The position numbers and the translations under genes are program-made. A stretch of 64,000 nt of DNA from Saprospira grandis. Lineage in GTDB: Bacteria; Bacteroidota; Bacteroidia; Chitinophagales; Saprospiraceae. Shown here piece after piece: positions 29,636 through 39,481 of this stretch. Positions within the stretch are counted from its first letter, which is position 1. Each line of letters begins with the position of its first letter. The stretch covers positions 1,180,241-1,244,240 of the forward strand of contig NZ_CP110854.1 in assembly GCF_027594745.1 (NCBI RefSeq), read 5' to 3'. The notes under the pieces are model-generated. The model was not told the origin of the DNA, did not search any database, and worked only from the letters and a program-made list of their open reading frames with translations.

Positions 29636-29830
29636 GCTGTTAAAGCGCTTTGGGGCGGCTTGGCCGCCTTGGCCGAAGGCCAAATGGCCCAGCGCTGCGG
29701 CGGGGTGGCCGAAGGCCAGACCAAAGGCGAAACGAAGTGGAGCCTGAAGGGCCGAGCAGACCTGCGAGCCCCAAAGCATAGCGGCGGCCGCCCTACTATA
29801 AAGGGCGGCCGCGGGCCCCAAAATACCCTA
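29636..29830 (-). repeat. GC-rich interspersed repeat, copy 10 (reverse)
   Basis: GGCCCAGCGCTGCGGCGGGGTGGCCGAAGGCCAGACC...GGGCCGAGCAGACCTGCGAGCCCCAAAGCATAGCGGCGGCCGCC...GGGCCCCAAAATA. Confidence 0.8.
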
Positions 29831-29855
29831 AAAAAAACTACATAAAACATCTAAA

Positions 29856-30572
29856 ATGAAAGTTGATATTCTTGCCATTGGCGCACATCCCGACGATATT
29901 GAAATTTCTTGCTCCGGCACCCTTTTGCACCATATTTCATTGGGGCATAAGGTAGGGCTGTTGGACCTCACCGCTGGAGAATTGGGCAGCCGAGGCACTG
30001 CCGAAATTCGCCTAAAAGAAGCTCATGCCGCCTCTCAACTCATGGGGGCCAGCTTTAGAGCCAACCTAGGCTTTGCCGACGGATTTTTTGAGCACAAGCA
30101 AAGCAATATTCTGGAAATTGTGCAGATGATCCGATTGACCCAGCCCCGAATCGTCTTGGCCAACTCTATCCATGACCGCCACCCCGACCATGGCCGGGCC
30201 GCTAAACTCATTGCCGATGCCTGCTTTTATGCCGGTTTGCGCCGAATTGAGACCGAATGGGAGGGCCAAGCACAAAATGCCTGGCGACCAGAAGTCGTCT
30301 ACCACTATATCCAAGATTATAACCTAAAACCCGATTTTGTCTTTGATATTAGCCCCTATATGGACAAAAAAATGGAGCTGATTCAAGCCTTTAAATCACA
30401 GTTCTACGACCCCAATTCTACCGAACCCCAAACGCCCATTTCTTCCGCAGAATTTTTGGAGTTCGTCCGAGCAAAAAATGCCACCTACGGCCGCCCCGCG
30501 GGCTTCCATTATGCCGAAGCCTTTACCGTAAACCGCAGCATTGGAGTAGATAATCTGTTCTCGATTAAATAG
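29856..30572 (+). CDS. bshB1: Bacillithiol biosynthesis deacetylase BshB1 (LmbE/PIG-L family)
   Basis: MKVDILAIGAHPDDIEISCSGTLL and HPDH metal-binding motif. Confidence 0.8.
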   Translation: MKVDILAIGAHPDDIEISCSGTLLHHISLGHKVGLLDLTAGELGSRGTAEIRLKEAHAASQLMGASFRANLGFADGFFEHKQSNILEIVQMIRLTQPRIVLANSIHDRHPDHGRAAKLIADACFYAGLRRIETEWEGQAQNAWRPEVVYHYIQDYNLKPDFVFDISPYMDKKMELIQAFKSQFYDPNSTEPQTPISSAEFLEFVRAKNATYGRPAGFHYAEAFTVNRSIGVDNLFSIK

Positions 30573-30586
30573 CTTTTAAGCTAGCA

Positions 30587-30630
30587 AAAGCCGCAAGCCT
30601 CATCCGCTTGCGGCTTTTTTTTTATTTTTT
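30587..30630 (+). terminator. Intrinsic terminator after bshB1
   Basis: AAAGCCGCAAGC-ctcatcc-GCTTGCGGCTTT hairpin plus T-run. Confidence 0.7.
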
Positions 30631-30734
30631 TTCTTGGCCTTGGAACTTATCCCAAAAGCTTTGAGTTCTGCTGCTGTCTACACTTAGTTTAGATATTAAA
30701 CTAAGTCCATGTTTAACCTCAAAATCATTTTATT

Positions 30735-33266
30735 ATGGGAGACAGCCGCGAACGCGATTTAGTCCTCGCCCCCAACGAGTACGCCTTTATTTCTGACCAA
30801 ACCAAGGGGAATGTAATTACTTATGTAGGGCCTTATAAAACCAGTATGGCCAATACAGACAAGCCCGTTTTTTTTAATAAAAAGACGAAAGCCTTTGACA
30901 TTTGCAATTTGGATGGTTCTATTCAGACCTTTTGCACGGCCCCAGAAGGCTGGTATATTATCCTGAAAAACCCTGCAATTGATAATAAACCGCCCCAGAT
31001 TGGGACCTCCAACCAGCTTTCTTCTTTGCAGATTGGACGCAAGGTCAATTTACCTGGTCCCAACTTTTTTGCGCTTTGGCCTGGCCAAATGGCTGAAGTT
31101 TTAGAGGGCCATCATCTGCGCTCCAATGAGTATTTGCTGGTCCGTGTCTATGAAGAGGAACAAGCCCGCGCCAATTGGGATAATGCCGTAATTACGCCTC
31201 AACATACCCAGCCCGAAGGCCTAGAAGAAGAGCAACAAGCCAATGATAGCATTGATGCCAACCGCCTCAGTATGGGCCAATTGCATGTGATCAAAGGGAC
31301 CAATGTTTCTTTTTATATTCCTCCCACCGGAATTGAAGTGCTCCGAGACAAAAAAGGAAATTATGTCCGCTCTGCCGTCACTTTGGAGCGCCTAGAGTAT
31401 TGTATTCTACTCGATGAAGATGGCAATAAACGCTATATCCAAGGACCCGATGTGGTCTTTCCTCGCCCCACCGAACGCTTTATTGAGAAAAATGGCAGCC
31501 GCAAGTTTAAGGCGATAGAACTAGATGAAAATAGCGGGATTTATGTCAAAATTATTGCTCCCTATACCGAAAATGGCCAAAGTTATAAGGTGGGCGACGA
31601 GCTCTTTATTACGGGCCGAGAACAAATGATTTATTTCCCCCGCCCAGAGCAAGCCCTGATCAAATATGGGGAACAGGAAATCTATCAAGCGGTGGCCATC
31701 CCCCCCGGCGAGGGCCGCTATGTATTGAACAGAAAGAGCGGAAAAATCAGCCTGCAAAAAGGGCCCGCCATGTTTTTGGCCGACCCCAGAGAGGAGATGA
31801 TTTTGCGCCGTATCCTTAGCCCCAAACAAGTAGAGCTTTGGTTCCCCGGCAATCAAGAGGCCCTGCAATATAACCTCCAACTGCAAGAGCTCTCTAAACA
31901 ACAGCAGGCCCGCCTGCGCAAAGCCTCCAAAAAGCGGAATAAACTCAATTTACCGCCCATGGCCCAACAACAACAGGCCCTGATTGATATGGATTTCTCG
32001 GAGGAAAATGAAGAAGAAGGCGAAAGCGTCTATGAAGGCATCGTTAGCAATTCTTTTTCTAGAAGCCGACAACCCCAAAATAACAATAGCCTGGTCCTCG
32101 ATAGTAAGTATGAAGGGGCTGTTACTATTGATGCCTGGACCGGCTATGCCGTTTTGGTCACCAGCAAATTAGGCGACCGCAAAGTGGTGGTGGGCCCAAG
32201 CACTTATCTACTCGATTATGATGAGGTTCTACAGGGCATTGAGCTCTCTACAGGCACCCCAAAATCTGATGCAAAGCTAATGAGAACGGTCTATCTCCGC
32301 ATTCTCAATAATAAGGTGTCTGATTTGGTGCGGGTAGAAACTGCCGACTTCTGCGAGCTGGATATCCACCTCTCTTATCGAGTCAATTTTACGGGAGATC
32401 CCGAAAAATGGTTCAATGTGGAGAATTATGTCAAGTTCCTCACCGACCACCTCCGCTCGGTCCTCCGAAATGCCATTAAGCAGTATAATTTGGCCGATTT
32501 TTATGCCGAAGGGATTGCCGAATTGCGCAATATCGTCCTAGGTAGCCGCCCCGAAGGCGAAGAGCAGGATAGCCGCCGCCCCGGCCGCCTATTTACCGAA
32601 AATGGCATGCACATTTATGAGCTGGAGGTCCTCGATATCGAGATTCTGGATGAGGAAATCCAAGAGCTACTTTTTGCTAGCAAGCACCAAGATATTCGCA
32701 GCCAGCTAGAGCTAGACAATAAGCGAAAGGAGTTGCTCTATAGCCAAGAAGCAGAAGAAATGGCCCAGAAAATCGCCGCTAGCCGCTCTAAAACGAAGCA
32801 GTTTGCTCTCGAGCTCCAAGAGGCAGAAGAAAAACAGGCCCAAATGCTCAAGTTGGCGAGCCAAGCGGCCCGCATTGATCTAGAACGCCAAGAACTTACA
32901 GCCCAAATGGAGATGCAAGAAAAGGCTCTCAATATTGCCCGACTACAGCGCCAAGATGAGGAAGAAGCCGGCCTACTCCAACTCGAACTCAAGAAGGGAG
33001 CCCTAGAACAACGCCTCAAAGAATTGGAGGGCGAAGTGCAGGCGGTGGTCCAAAAAGCCGAGGCCGTTAGCCCCGATCTGATCGCGGCCCTACAAGCCTT
33101 TGGCGACAAAGCCCTGGCCGAAAAAATGGCCGAAAGCATGGCCCCGCTCTCTATTATCGGCGGCAAAAGTATTGTCGAGGTCTTTGGCAATCTGCTGGCC
33201 GGCAGTCCCCTCTCCTATCTGCTAGATAAAAAAGGAGAAACTCAGGATCCCGGTTTAGAGGAGTAG
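30735..33266 (+). CDS. Major vault protein (MVP) homologue: MVP repeat domains, SPFH-like shoulder, coiled-coil cap-helix
   Basis: 843 aa; eukaryotic MVP is about 860-890 aa. Recalled MVP blocks align: ours KAIELDENSGIYVKII vs MVP IPLDENEGIYVQDV; ours VVGPSTYLLDYDEVLQGIEL vs MVP VIGSTYMLTQDEVLWEKEL; ours DLVRVETADFCELDIHLSYRVNF vs MVP [23 protein letters not shown]. Repeated Pro/Tyr/Gly-punctuated units run through the N-terminal 400 aa. A roughly 150-aa coiled coil follows the shoulder, as in the MVP cap-helix. Confidence 0.8.
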   Translation: MGDSRERDLVLAPNEYAFISDQTKGNVITYVGPYKTSMANTDKPVFFNKKTKAFDICNLDGSIQTFCTAPEGWYIILKNPAIDNKPPQIGTSNQLSSLQIGRKVNLPGPNFFALWPGQMAEVLEGHHLRSNEYLLVRVYEEEQARANWDNAVITPQHTQPEGLEEEQQANDSIDANRLSMGQLHVIKGTNVSFYIPPTGIEVLRDKKGNYVRSAVTLERLEYCILLDEDGNKRYIQGPDVVFPRPTERFIEKNGSRKFKAIELDENSGIYVKIIAPYTENGQSYKVGDELFITGREQMIYFPRPEQALIKYGEQEIYQAVAIPPGEGRYVLNRKSGKISLQKGPAMFLADPREEMILRRILSPKQVELWFPGNQEALQYNLQLQELSKQQQARLRKASKKRNKLNLPPMAQQQQALIDMDFSEENEEEGESVYEGIVSNSFSRSRQPQNNNSLVLDSKYEGAVTIDAWTGYAVLVTSKLGDRKVVVGPSTYLLDYDEVLQGIELSTGTPKSDAKLMRTVYLRILNNKVSDLVRVETADFCELDIHLSYRVNFTGDPEKWFNVENYVKFLTDHLRSVLRNAIKQYNLADFYAEGIAELRNIVLGSRPEGEEQDSRRPGRLFTENGMHIYELEVLDIEILDEEIQELLFASKHQDIRSQLELDNKRKELLYSQEAEEMAQKIAASRSKTKQFALELQEAEEKQAQMLKLASQAARIDLERQELTAQMEMQEKALNIARLQRQDEEEAGLLQLELKKGALEQRLKELEGEVQAVVQKAEAVSPDLIAALQAFGDKALAEKMAESMAPLSIIGGKSIVEVFGNLLAGSPLSYLLDKKGETQDPGLEE

Positions 33267-33269
33267 GTT

Positions 33270-33480
33270 TTGGGGCCTCAGCTGCGGTTACTCCCTTTGG
33301 TCGTCGAACTGCAGACTAAAGTCCTTGTTATCGTTGCGCAGCTCGCTGCTGTTTTGGGGCCTCCCGCCTTCGGCGGGCGCTACGTTTCGCAGCTCGCAGG
33401 TCTGCTCGGCCCTGCGGCCTGACGGCCTTGGTCTGCGGCTGCGCCGCACTGCTCCACATCGCTAGGCTAGTTCTGCGGCC
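33270..33480 (+). repeat. GC-rich interspersed repeat, copy 11 (forward, with module B)
   Basis: Starts 4 bp after the MVP stop: TTTTGGGGCCTCAGCTGCGGTTACTCCCTTTGGTCGTCGAACTGCAGACTAAAGTCCTTGTTATCGTT...ACATCGCTAGGC. Confidence 0.85.
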
Positions 33481-33540
33481 CAAGGCCGCAGCTGGGCCGA
33501 ACCAGCTAGGCAAAACCCTTTTACTGGCCCTAGCATAAGC

Positions 33541-33583
33541 AAAGCGCCCCGCTGCCAATGGCAGCGGGGCGCTCTTTTTGGCC
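33541..33583 (+). terminator. Intrinsic terminator (hairpin GCGCCCCGCTGCC/GGCAGCGGGGCGC)
   Basis: 13-bp perfect stem with AATG loop, followed by TCTTTTTG. Confidence 0.65.
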
Positions 33584-33596
33584 CAAAAGTCAGGCC

Positions 33597-35531
33597 TTAA
33601 TCCTTAGCTAAATGCTTGGCCAAAAAGCTTTGCATTCGTCCATAAAACTCAAAGCGGTTTTCCTCATTTCGGAAGCCATGGCCCTCGTTTTCCTTAAGGA
33701 TGTACTCTACCTCGACTCCTCTTGCCTGTAAGGCCGCCACCATTTGGTCCGATTCCGCCTGATTGACCCGAGGGTCTTTGGCCCCCTGCGCAATCAATAA
33801 GGGCGCCTTGATTTTATCCACATGAAAAACAGGAGATGTGGCCCGCATCCGAATACTGTCGGCCTCATTGCTAGGGTCGCCTACCATTTCATGTAGCATT
33901 TTGCGGTAGGGCTCCCAATAGGGCGGAATCGTCTCCATAAATGTAAAGAGGTTAGACACCCCCACATAATCTATAGCACAGGCATATTTCTCTGGACTAA
34001 ACGTAATGCCCGCCAAACTACAATAGCCCCCATAACTTCCGCCATAAATGGCCACTCGATCAGGGTCGGCAATGCCTTCCCGCACCAACCAATCTACTCC
34101 ATCACTGACATCATCTTGCATTTTGAGGCCCCACTCCTTAAAAGAAGCTTCCCAGAATTTGCGGCCATAGCCCGTACTTCCTCTAAAATTGACCTGCAAA
34201 ACGGCATAGCCTCTATTGGCCAAAAACTGCACTTCTGGGTTAAAGGTCCAGACATCTCTGGCCCAAGGCCCCCCATGTGGATTAACCACCACAGGCAAGT
34301 TTTTTGGCGCCTTGCCCTTGGGCAAGGTAAGGTAACCATGAATCTGCCAGCCATCTCGGCTGCGGTAGCTAATTGGACGCATTTCCGCCAATTGATTGGC
34401 GGGGAGCCAGGGACTCACCTCCGCTATTTTGCGCAACTCCTTTTGGTCCAAATCATAGAAATAATAGGCCCCCAAAGAACGATCGCTATAGGTGCGGACA
34501 ATAAACTTGTTTTCTTCTTCATTGGTGCTGCTCAATACAATCTCCAAATCGGGCAAAAGACTTTCTAAATGCTTATAAATGGCCGCCACCTGAGGGTCCA
34601 GAAAATGATACTCTCGCTTCCAACTAATATAGGAAATGGTGCTCAGGGCCTTGCGCTTACGGGAATAAGACATATAAGAAACATTGACCTCGGGATGCTC
34701 AAAGATGAGCTGACTCTCCTTGGCCGTTTTTAAATCAAACTTGACCACTGCCGTTTTATCTCGGCCCAAATCAGAGAGGGCGTAGATTTCCTCCTTGCCT
34801 TCAAAATCAAAGTAAAGCGGGTAGAGTGTTTCCTTAAACGAAGTATTAAGGACCAAACGGAAACTATCTTTTTCACTCTTCCGATAGAGCAAACTACTAT
34901 TTACCCCATCGGTAGCAATAGCGAGGCGGAGCCGCCCCTGATGGTCCGTTTTCCAACTCGTAATATTACCCGGGTTTTCGGCCAAGAGTTCTAGCTCTGC
35001 CGTTTGGATATTGAGGCGGTAGGGGTCAAAAACTTGGGGGTTGCGTTTATTCATCCCAATAATGAGATGTTGTTCATCGCTGCGGAGATCATCAATAATT
35101 TCTACCCGAACATTATCGAAGGGTGTGAGATCTACCTCCTTCTGGCCCCTTCGGTCTACCGAAAAGAGATGAAAGTTTTCATCTCCGCCTTGGTCCCGCA
35201 CATAGACCAAGCGATCATTATTGGCCCAAAAGAAGCCAGAAAGATCACGGTCGGTCACCTTGGTGAGGCGCAAAGGAGCTTGCTTCTGAGCGACATCTTG
35301 GACAAAGATGTTTTTGCGGTTTTCATAAGGAGCCAAATAGGCCATATACTCCCCATTTGGAGATAACTTATAGGCACTACTAGCGGGATTTCGGAAAAAG
35401 TCTTCTAAGGGAATTAAGTTCTCGTTCTTTTGCATATCAACTTCCTTTTCGGGGGCTGGATTTTTAAATAGGCAACTACTGCCAAGCAGAAGCAGCAGTA
35501 GGCTAAGTATTTTGATTGAATAGCTATTCAT
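33597..35531 (-). CDS. S9 family serine peptidase (prolyl oligopeptidase/dipeptidyl aminopeptidase-like), secreted
   Basis: N-terminal beta-propeller region. C-terminal catalytic domain with GGSYGGY nucleophile elbow, [15 protein letters not shown] and HGF. Confidence 0.85.
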   Translation of the reverse strand: MNSYSIKILSLLLLLLGSSCLFKNPAPEKEVDMQKNENLIPLEDFFRNPASSAYKLSPNGEYMAYLAPYENRKNIFVQDVAQKQAPLRLTKVTDRDLSGFFWANNDRLVYVRDQGGDENFHLFSVDRRGQKEVDLTPFDNVRVEIIDDLRSDEQHLIIGMNKRNPQVFDPYRLNIQTAELELLAENPGNITSWKTDHQGRLRLAIATDGVNSSLLYRKSEKDSFRLVLNTSFKETLYPLYFDFEGKEEIYALSDLGRDKTAVVKFDLKTAKESQLIFEHPEVNVSYMSYSRKRKALSTISYISWKREYHFLDPQVAAIYKHLESLLPDLEIVLSSTNEEENKFIVRTYSDRSLGAYYFYDLDQKELRKIAEVSPWLPANQLAEMRPISYRSRDGWQIHGYLTLPKGKAPKNLPVVVNPHGGPWARDVWTFNPEVQFLANRGYAVLQVNFRGSTGYGRKFWEASFKEWGLKMQDDVSDGVDWLVREGIADPDRVAIYGGSYGGYCSLAGITFSPEKYACAIDYVGVSNLFTFMETIPPYWEPYRKMLHEMVGDPSNEADSIRMRATSPVFHVDKIKAPLLIAQGAKDPRVNQAESDQMVAALQARGVEVEYILKENEGHGFRNEENRFEFYGRMQSFLAKHLAKD

Positions 35532-35649
35532 TGGTCTTCATTGAGTAAAGCAGTTAGTTTTGCGAGGCTTAGCTATTCTAATGTAGACTTTAGTATTGGT
35601 ATATTGCAGTTCTTTAGACTAAAAAAAGATTTCTCTAGACTTAAGCCCG

Positions 35650-35832
35650 CTCTTTTTTGGTCCATTTTGCGGTGGACAGGCGGCGAAGCCGCCGCAAAGG
35701 AGCGCAGCGACGCGGCTGAGGGATGGATAGCAGTGGCCCAAAGGGCCAGACCCAGCCGCCAAAGGCGGCGCAGGGCCGAGCAGACCTGCGAGCTGCGACA
35801 CAGCCCGACCCGGCCGAAGGGCGGGGCAGCCC
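35650..35832 (-). repeat. GC-rich interspersed repeat, copy 12 (reverse)
   Basis: ...GGGCCGAGCAGACCTGCGAGCTGCGACACAGCCCGACCCGGCCGAAGGGCGGGGCAGCCCCAAAATAA. Confidence 0.8.
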
Positions 35833-35868
35833 CAAAATAAGAGCATAAAGCTTTGCTAAATAAGAAAC

Positions 35869-38800
35869 ATGATGATGCGTTATTTCCTATTCTTGCTCCT
35901 GCTTTGGAGTAGTGGGTCCCTTTTGGCCCAAACAGAAGATATTGAATTGGTGGTGAGCCAAGGCCACCACAGTAATGTCCGAGCCCTTGCCTTTTCGGAA
36001 GATGGGCGTTTTTTGGCCACGGCTGGCGATGACCGCAGCCTGCGCATTTGGTCGATGCGGCTACAGCAAGAATATAAGGTCCTTTGGGGACATAAGGCGG
36101 CTATTACGGATGTGGGCTTTTCTAAAGATGGGCAGTTTCTGGCCTCTGTGGGCAGTCGGCTGCTCTGTATATGGTCTATGCCTGAAGGCAAACTTTTGCA
36201 TCAGATGGAGGTAGATGCCCTGAGCAAACGCCTGCAATTTTCGGAGACTAAGGCAGGACATGTTATGGCCCGACTGCCCGAGGGCATGGCCTGGGTAGAT
36301 TTAAAAACAGGGGCCATAGACTACAGCCTAAAGCCCTTTATGCGAAATTGGAGCAACTGGATTTTGGGACAAAAAACAGCCCGTGTGATTATTCCAGAAC
36401 GGCCCGATAGCATTTGGGCCTATAGCCTCGAGGGCCAAAGAAAACAACTATTTGTAGGTAAAGGAAGCTATTATAAGCTGCTGCTTTCGCCCAATGAGGA
36501 TTATCTGGCAGCCTATTCGGGCAGCCGTCTGGCCGTAGATGTTTGGGACTATAAGAGCGGAAAATTGATTGGCAGTATTGAGGGGCTTGGCCCACTACAA
36601 GACTTTTGTTTTGATATGGCGGGGCAGCGGCTCTGGATTATGGACCTACATGCCGAATGCAGGGTCTATAGCTGCCCTAAACTCCAAATGGAGCTAATTG
36701 TCAATAAAAAGAGCTGGGGGCAAGAAGGCCTTGGCCAAGGCGATTTGGTACAGGTAAATATTGGTCAGCAGATTCGCCCCAGCCCCAATGGGCAGTTTAT
36801 GGGGCTGGCCATTACTCGCACCGAAGTGAACCGCAAGACGAGCAAGATGAATGACCTCAGAGGAGTCCAACTAGTCGATGCCCAAACGGGCAAAGAAAGG
36901 GGCCTATTTAAGGGGCATTTTAAGTGGATTACCCAGCTAGGTATCTCGCCCAAAGGCGATAAACTCCTCTCCATCAATATGGGCAAAACCCGAGGGCTGC
37001 GCTCTTGGACCATCCAAAAAGGAGAAATTGAACGCTATATCCATAGCTCCCAAAGCCTTAGCCAAAGCCAAGATAAAAAACAACTGGCCCTACTCGAGTT
37101 TCAGGAAAAAGCTCAGCCAGAACTAACGGTCTATCAGCTCCCTAGTTTTAGAAAGCTAGCCAAGAAGAAGCTCGACAATTGCAGCGCCTTTGCCCTAAGT
37201 GGCGATGGTAAAAAAATAGCGGCCCTACAAGTAGATGTTAATCTCAAAAACCCTTTAAACAACCGCTTTTATTACTCTATATGGAAGCTACCCAACTACA
37301 AACTAGAACAAGAAATTGAGATCGAATCTAAGGAATCTGCCCTACCCATATTTAAAAGTCTATTGCTTGATTCTGCTGGCGATTACCTTCTTGCTGCCGC
37401 CCAAAACCAAGCCTACAGCCTAGAGCTAAGCAGCCAAAAACGCATCCGATTTGCCCTGCCTAGCTCGGCTACTTATTGGCGAATGCTCTGCCTGCACCCA
37501 CAACAGCCCGCCCTACTCTTTGCGGTCACGGAGGTGGTCTATAATCAGGAGGAAAAAAGAGTGGAGGAGCTCAGCAAGCTGCTGCTCTACAACTATAAAA
37601 CAGGCGAACTCATCGAGGAAGTAAGCAGCCCCAAAGAGGGGGTTATCCAAAGCGCAACCTTTAGCCCAGATGGTCAATACCTACTCACGGGGCAAACGGC
37701 CTATCAGGCGGTCATCAACTTTGATGTGCTGCTCTGGGATTGGCCCCAAAAACAACTGCTCTGCCAATTTAAAGGGCATAATGGCGGCATCAATGACCTG
37801 GCCTTTGACCCCCTAGGCAAAAAGGCCTATAGCTGCTCAGAAGATGGATTGATTAAGGCCTGGGATATAGAAAAATGTGCCCTAGACGCTTCTTTTATTG
37901 GCTATAATGAATTGGATTACCTCATTATCTCGCCCGAAAATTACTATAAAACTAGCCGAAGCAATACCGCTGGCCTTGGCTTTCGATATGCCGGCGACCT
38001 CTATACCTACGATCAGTTTGACCTCCGATTTAACCGCCCAGATAAGGTCCTCGCCCCCTTTAGCGATGCCCCTCGCAAACTAAATATCTATACCAAGGCC
38101 TGGAAAAAAAGAGTGCGGCGACTCGGCTTTACCGAGGAACAACTAGAGCAAGAGCTAGACCTGCCCCAACTTCAAATTGTCAATCAATTGCAGCTCCCCA
38201 TTTTTGTAGAAGATAGCCTCATCCATTTCCAAATTACCGCCTTTGACCAGCAACAGGCCCTAAAAAAACTGCGCATCTTTGTCAATGGCGTGCCCTACCC
38301 CAATGCAGAAGGCATCGAGCTAAACAACAGCCCTGGCGATAGCCTGCGCCAAGAACTAAGTATTCCACTAGGCCAAGGCCCCAATAAAATTCAACTCTCG
38401 GTGGTCAATGCCGCAGGCCTAGAAAGTGCCAAACAGAGCTTTCAACTGGCCTACCAACCCAAAGAGAAACAAACTAGTCAACTCTACTTTTTGGGCCTTG
38501 GAGTCAGTGAGTTTAAAGATAGTAGCCGCAACCTAAAGTACCCCCAAAAAGATGCCCATGACCTGGCCCAAACCTTAGCCGAAGCCCAAGAAAAAGGACA
38601 GTTCCAGCAACTTTTGCTCGACCCTAATATGCCCATAGAACAACTGCAAAAAAGCGCTAGAGACTTTATGGAGCAGGCCAAAATCAATGACCAAATTGTC
38701 TTTTATATCTCTTCGCATGGCCTGCTAGACGATAGCCTGAACTACTACCTAGCCCTCCCCAATAGCCAATTTGATCAGCCCCAAAATGGAAGCTGGGCCT

Positions 38801-39303
38801 ATGATAATATAGAGCAATTACTGGATGGGCTACCCTGCCGCAACCGCCTGCTCCTGCTCGATGCCTGCCATTCTGGGGAAGTGGATAAGGAGGTAGAAAC
38901 CGAGAAGAAATCGGTCAGCAGCTTTGCCCAAAACATACTCAAAAGAAGCAAGTCGGGCAGTACCCTGATCCGCCCCAAAACGGGACTCAACAACTCTTTT
39001 GCCTATATGAAGGCCCTTTTTTCGGACCTAGAACAGCAGAGCGGGGTCACGGTTATTTCTGCCGCTGGCGGCTTCGAACTGGCCTATGAATCGGATGAAT
39101 GGGGCAACGGCCTCTTTACCTACGCCCTTTTGGAGGGCATCAAAAGCAAGAAAGCCGACCTCAATAATGATGGCCAAATTCCTATCCTCGAGCTGCGAGA
39201 CTTCCTCAGCCTCAGGGTGCTAGAGCTCAGTCAGGGCCAACAGCAGCCCACCGCCCGCCAATCCAATGTTTTCAATAACTTTATCCTTTACCGTTATGAT
39301 TAG
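35869..39303 (+). CDS. Secreted WD40-repeat protein with C-terminal caspase-like (peptidase C14) domain
   Basis: Signal peptide MMMRYFLFLLLLWSSGSLLAQ. WD40 units (e.g. GHHSNVRALAFSEDGRFLATAGDDRSLRIWS; GHKAAITDVGFSKDGQFLASVGSRLLCIWS; GHNGGINDLAFDPLGKKAYSCSEDGLIKAWD). The C-terminus carries the caspase His/Cys dyad context YISSHGLLDD ... LLLLDACHSGE. Confidence 0.8.
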   Translation: MMMRYFLFLLLLWSSGSLLAQTEDIELVVSQGHHSNVRALAFSEDGRFLATAGDDRSLRIWSMRLQQEYKVLWGHKAAITDVGFSKDGQFLASVGSRLLCIWSMPEGKLLHQMEVDALSKRLQFSETKAGHVMARLPEGMAWVDLKTGAIDYSLKPFMRNWSNWILGQKTARVIIPERPDSIWAYSLEGQRKQLFVGKGSYYKLLLSPNEDYLAAYSGSRLAVDVWDYKSGKLIGSIEGLGPLQDFCFDMAGQRLWIMDLHAECRVYSCPKLQMELIVNKKSWGQEGLGQGDLVQVNIGQQIRPSPNGQFMGLAITRTEVNRKTSKMNDLRGVQLVDAQTGKERGLFKGHFKWITQLGISPKGDKLLSINMGKTRGLRSWTIQKGEIERYIHSSQSLSQSQDKKQLALLEFQEKAQPELTVYQLPSFRKLAKKKLDNCSAFALSGDGKKIAALQVDVNLKNPLNNRFYYSIWKLPNYKLEQEIEIESKESALPIFKSLLLDSAGDYLLAAAQNQAYSLELSSQKRIRFALPSSATYWRMLCLHPQQPALLFAVTEVVYNQEEKRVEELSKLLLYNYKTGELIEEVSSPKEGVIQSATFSPDGQYLLTGQTAYQAVINFDVLLWDWPQKQLLCQFKGHNGGINDLAFDPLGKKAYSCSEDGLIKAWDIEKCALDASFIGYNELDYLIISPENYYKTSRSNTAGLGFRYAGDLYTYDQFDLRFNRPDKVLAPFSDAPRKLNIYTKAWKKRVRRLGFTEEQLEQELDLPQLQIVNQLQLPIFVEDSLIHFQITAFDQQQALKKLRIFVNGVPYPNAEGIELNNSPGDSLRQELSIPLGQGPNKIQLSVVNAAGLESAKQSFQLAYQPKEKQTSQLYFLGLGVSEFKDSSRNLKYPQKDAHDLAQTLAEAQEKGQFQQLLLDPNMPIEQLQKSARDFMEQAKINDQIVFYISSHGLLDDSLNYYLALPNSQFDQPQNGSWAYDNIEQLLDGLPCRNRLLLLDACHSGEVDKEVETEKKSVSSFAQNILKRSKSGSTLIRPKTGLNNSFAYMKALFSDLEQQSGVTVISAAGGFELAYESDEWGNGLFTYALLEGIKSKKADLNNDGQIPILELRDFLSLRVLELSQGQQQPTARQSNVFNNFILYRYD

Positions 39304-39304
39304 T

Positions 39305-39433
39305 TTCTTTTCTTTTGGGGCCTCCGCCTCCCTTCGGTCGTCGGCGCTACGTTCCGGGGCTCGCAAGTCTGCTCGGCCCTTCGGCGGCTTGGCCGCCTCG
39401 GTCTGCGGCTGCGCCGCCCCCCTCCACATCGCT
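39305..39433 (+). repeat. GC-rich interspersed repeat, copy 13 (forward)
   Basis: Starts 2 bp after the stop: TTTTGGGGCCTCCGCCTCCCTTCGGTCGTCGGCGCTACGTTCCGGGGCTCGCAAGTCTGCTCGGCCCTTCGGCGG...ACATCGCTAGGCC. Confidence 0.85.
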
Positions 39434-39481
39434 AGGCCAAAACCAAAAACTGCCCTAGGGGCAGCCAAAGAGGGCCTTTCG

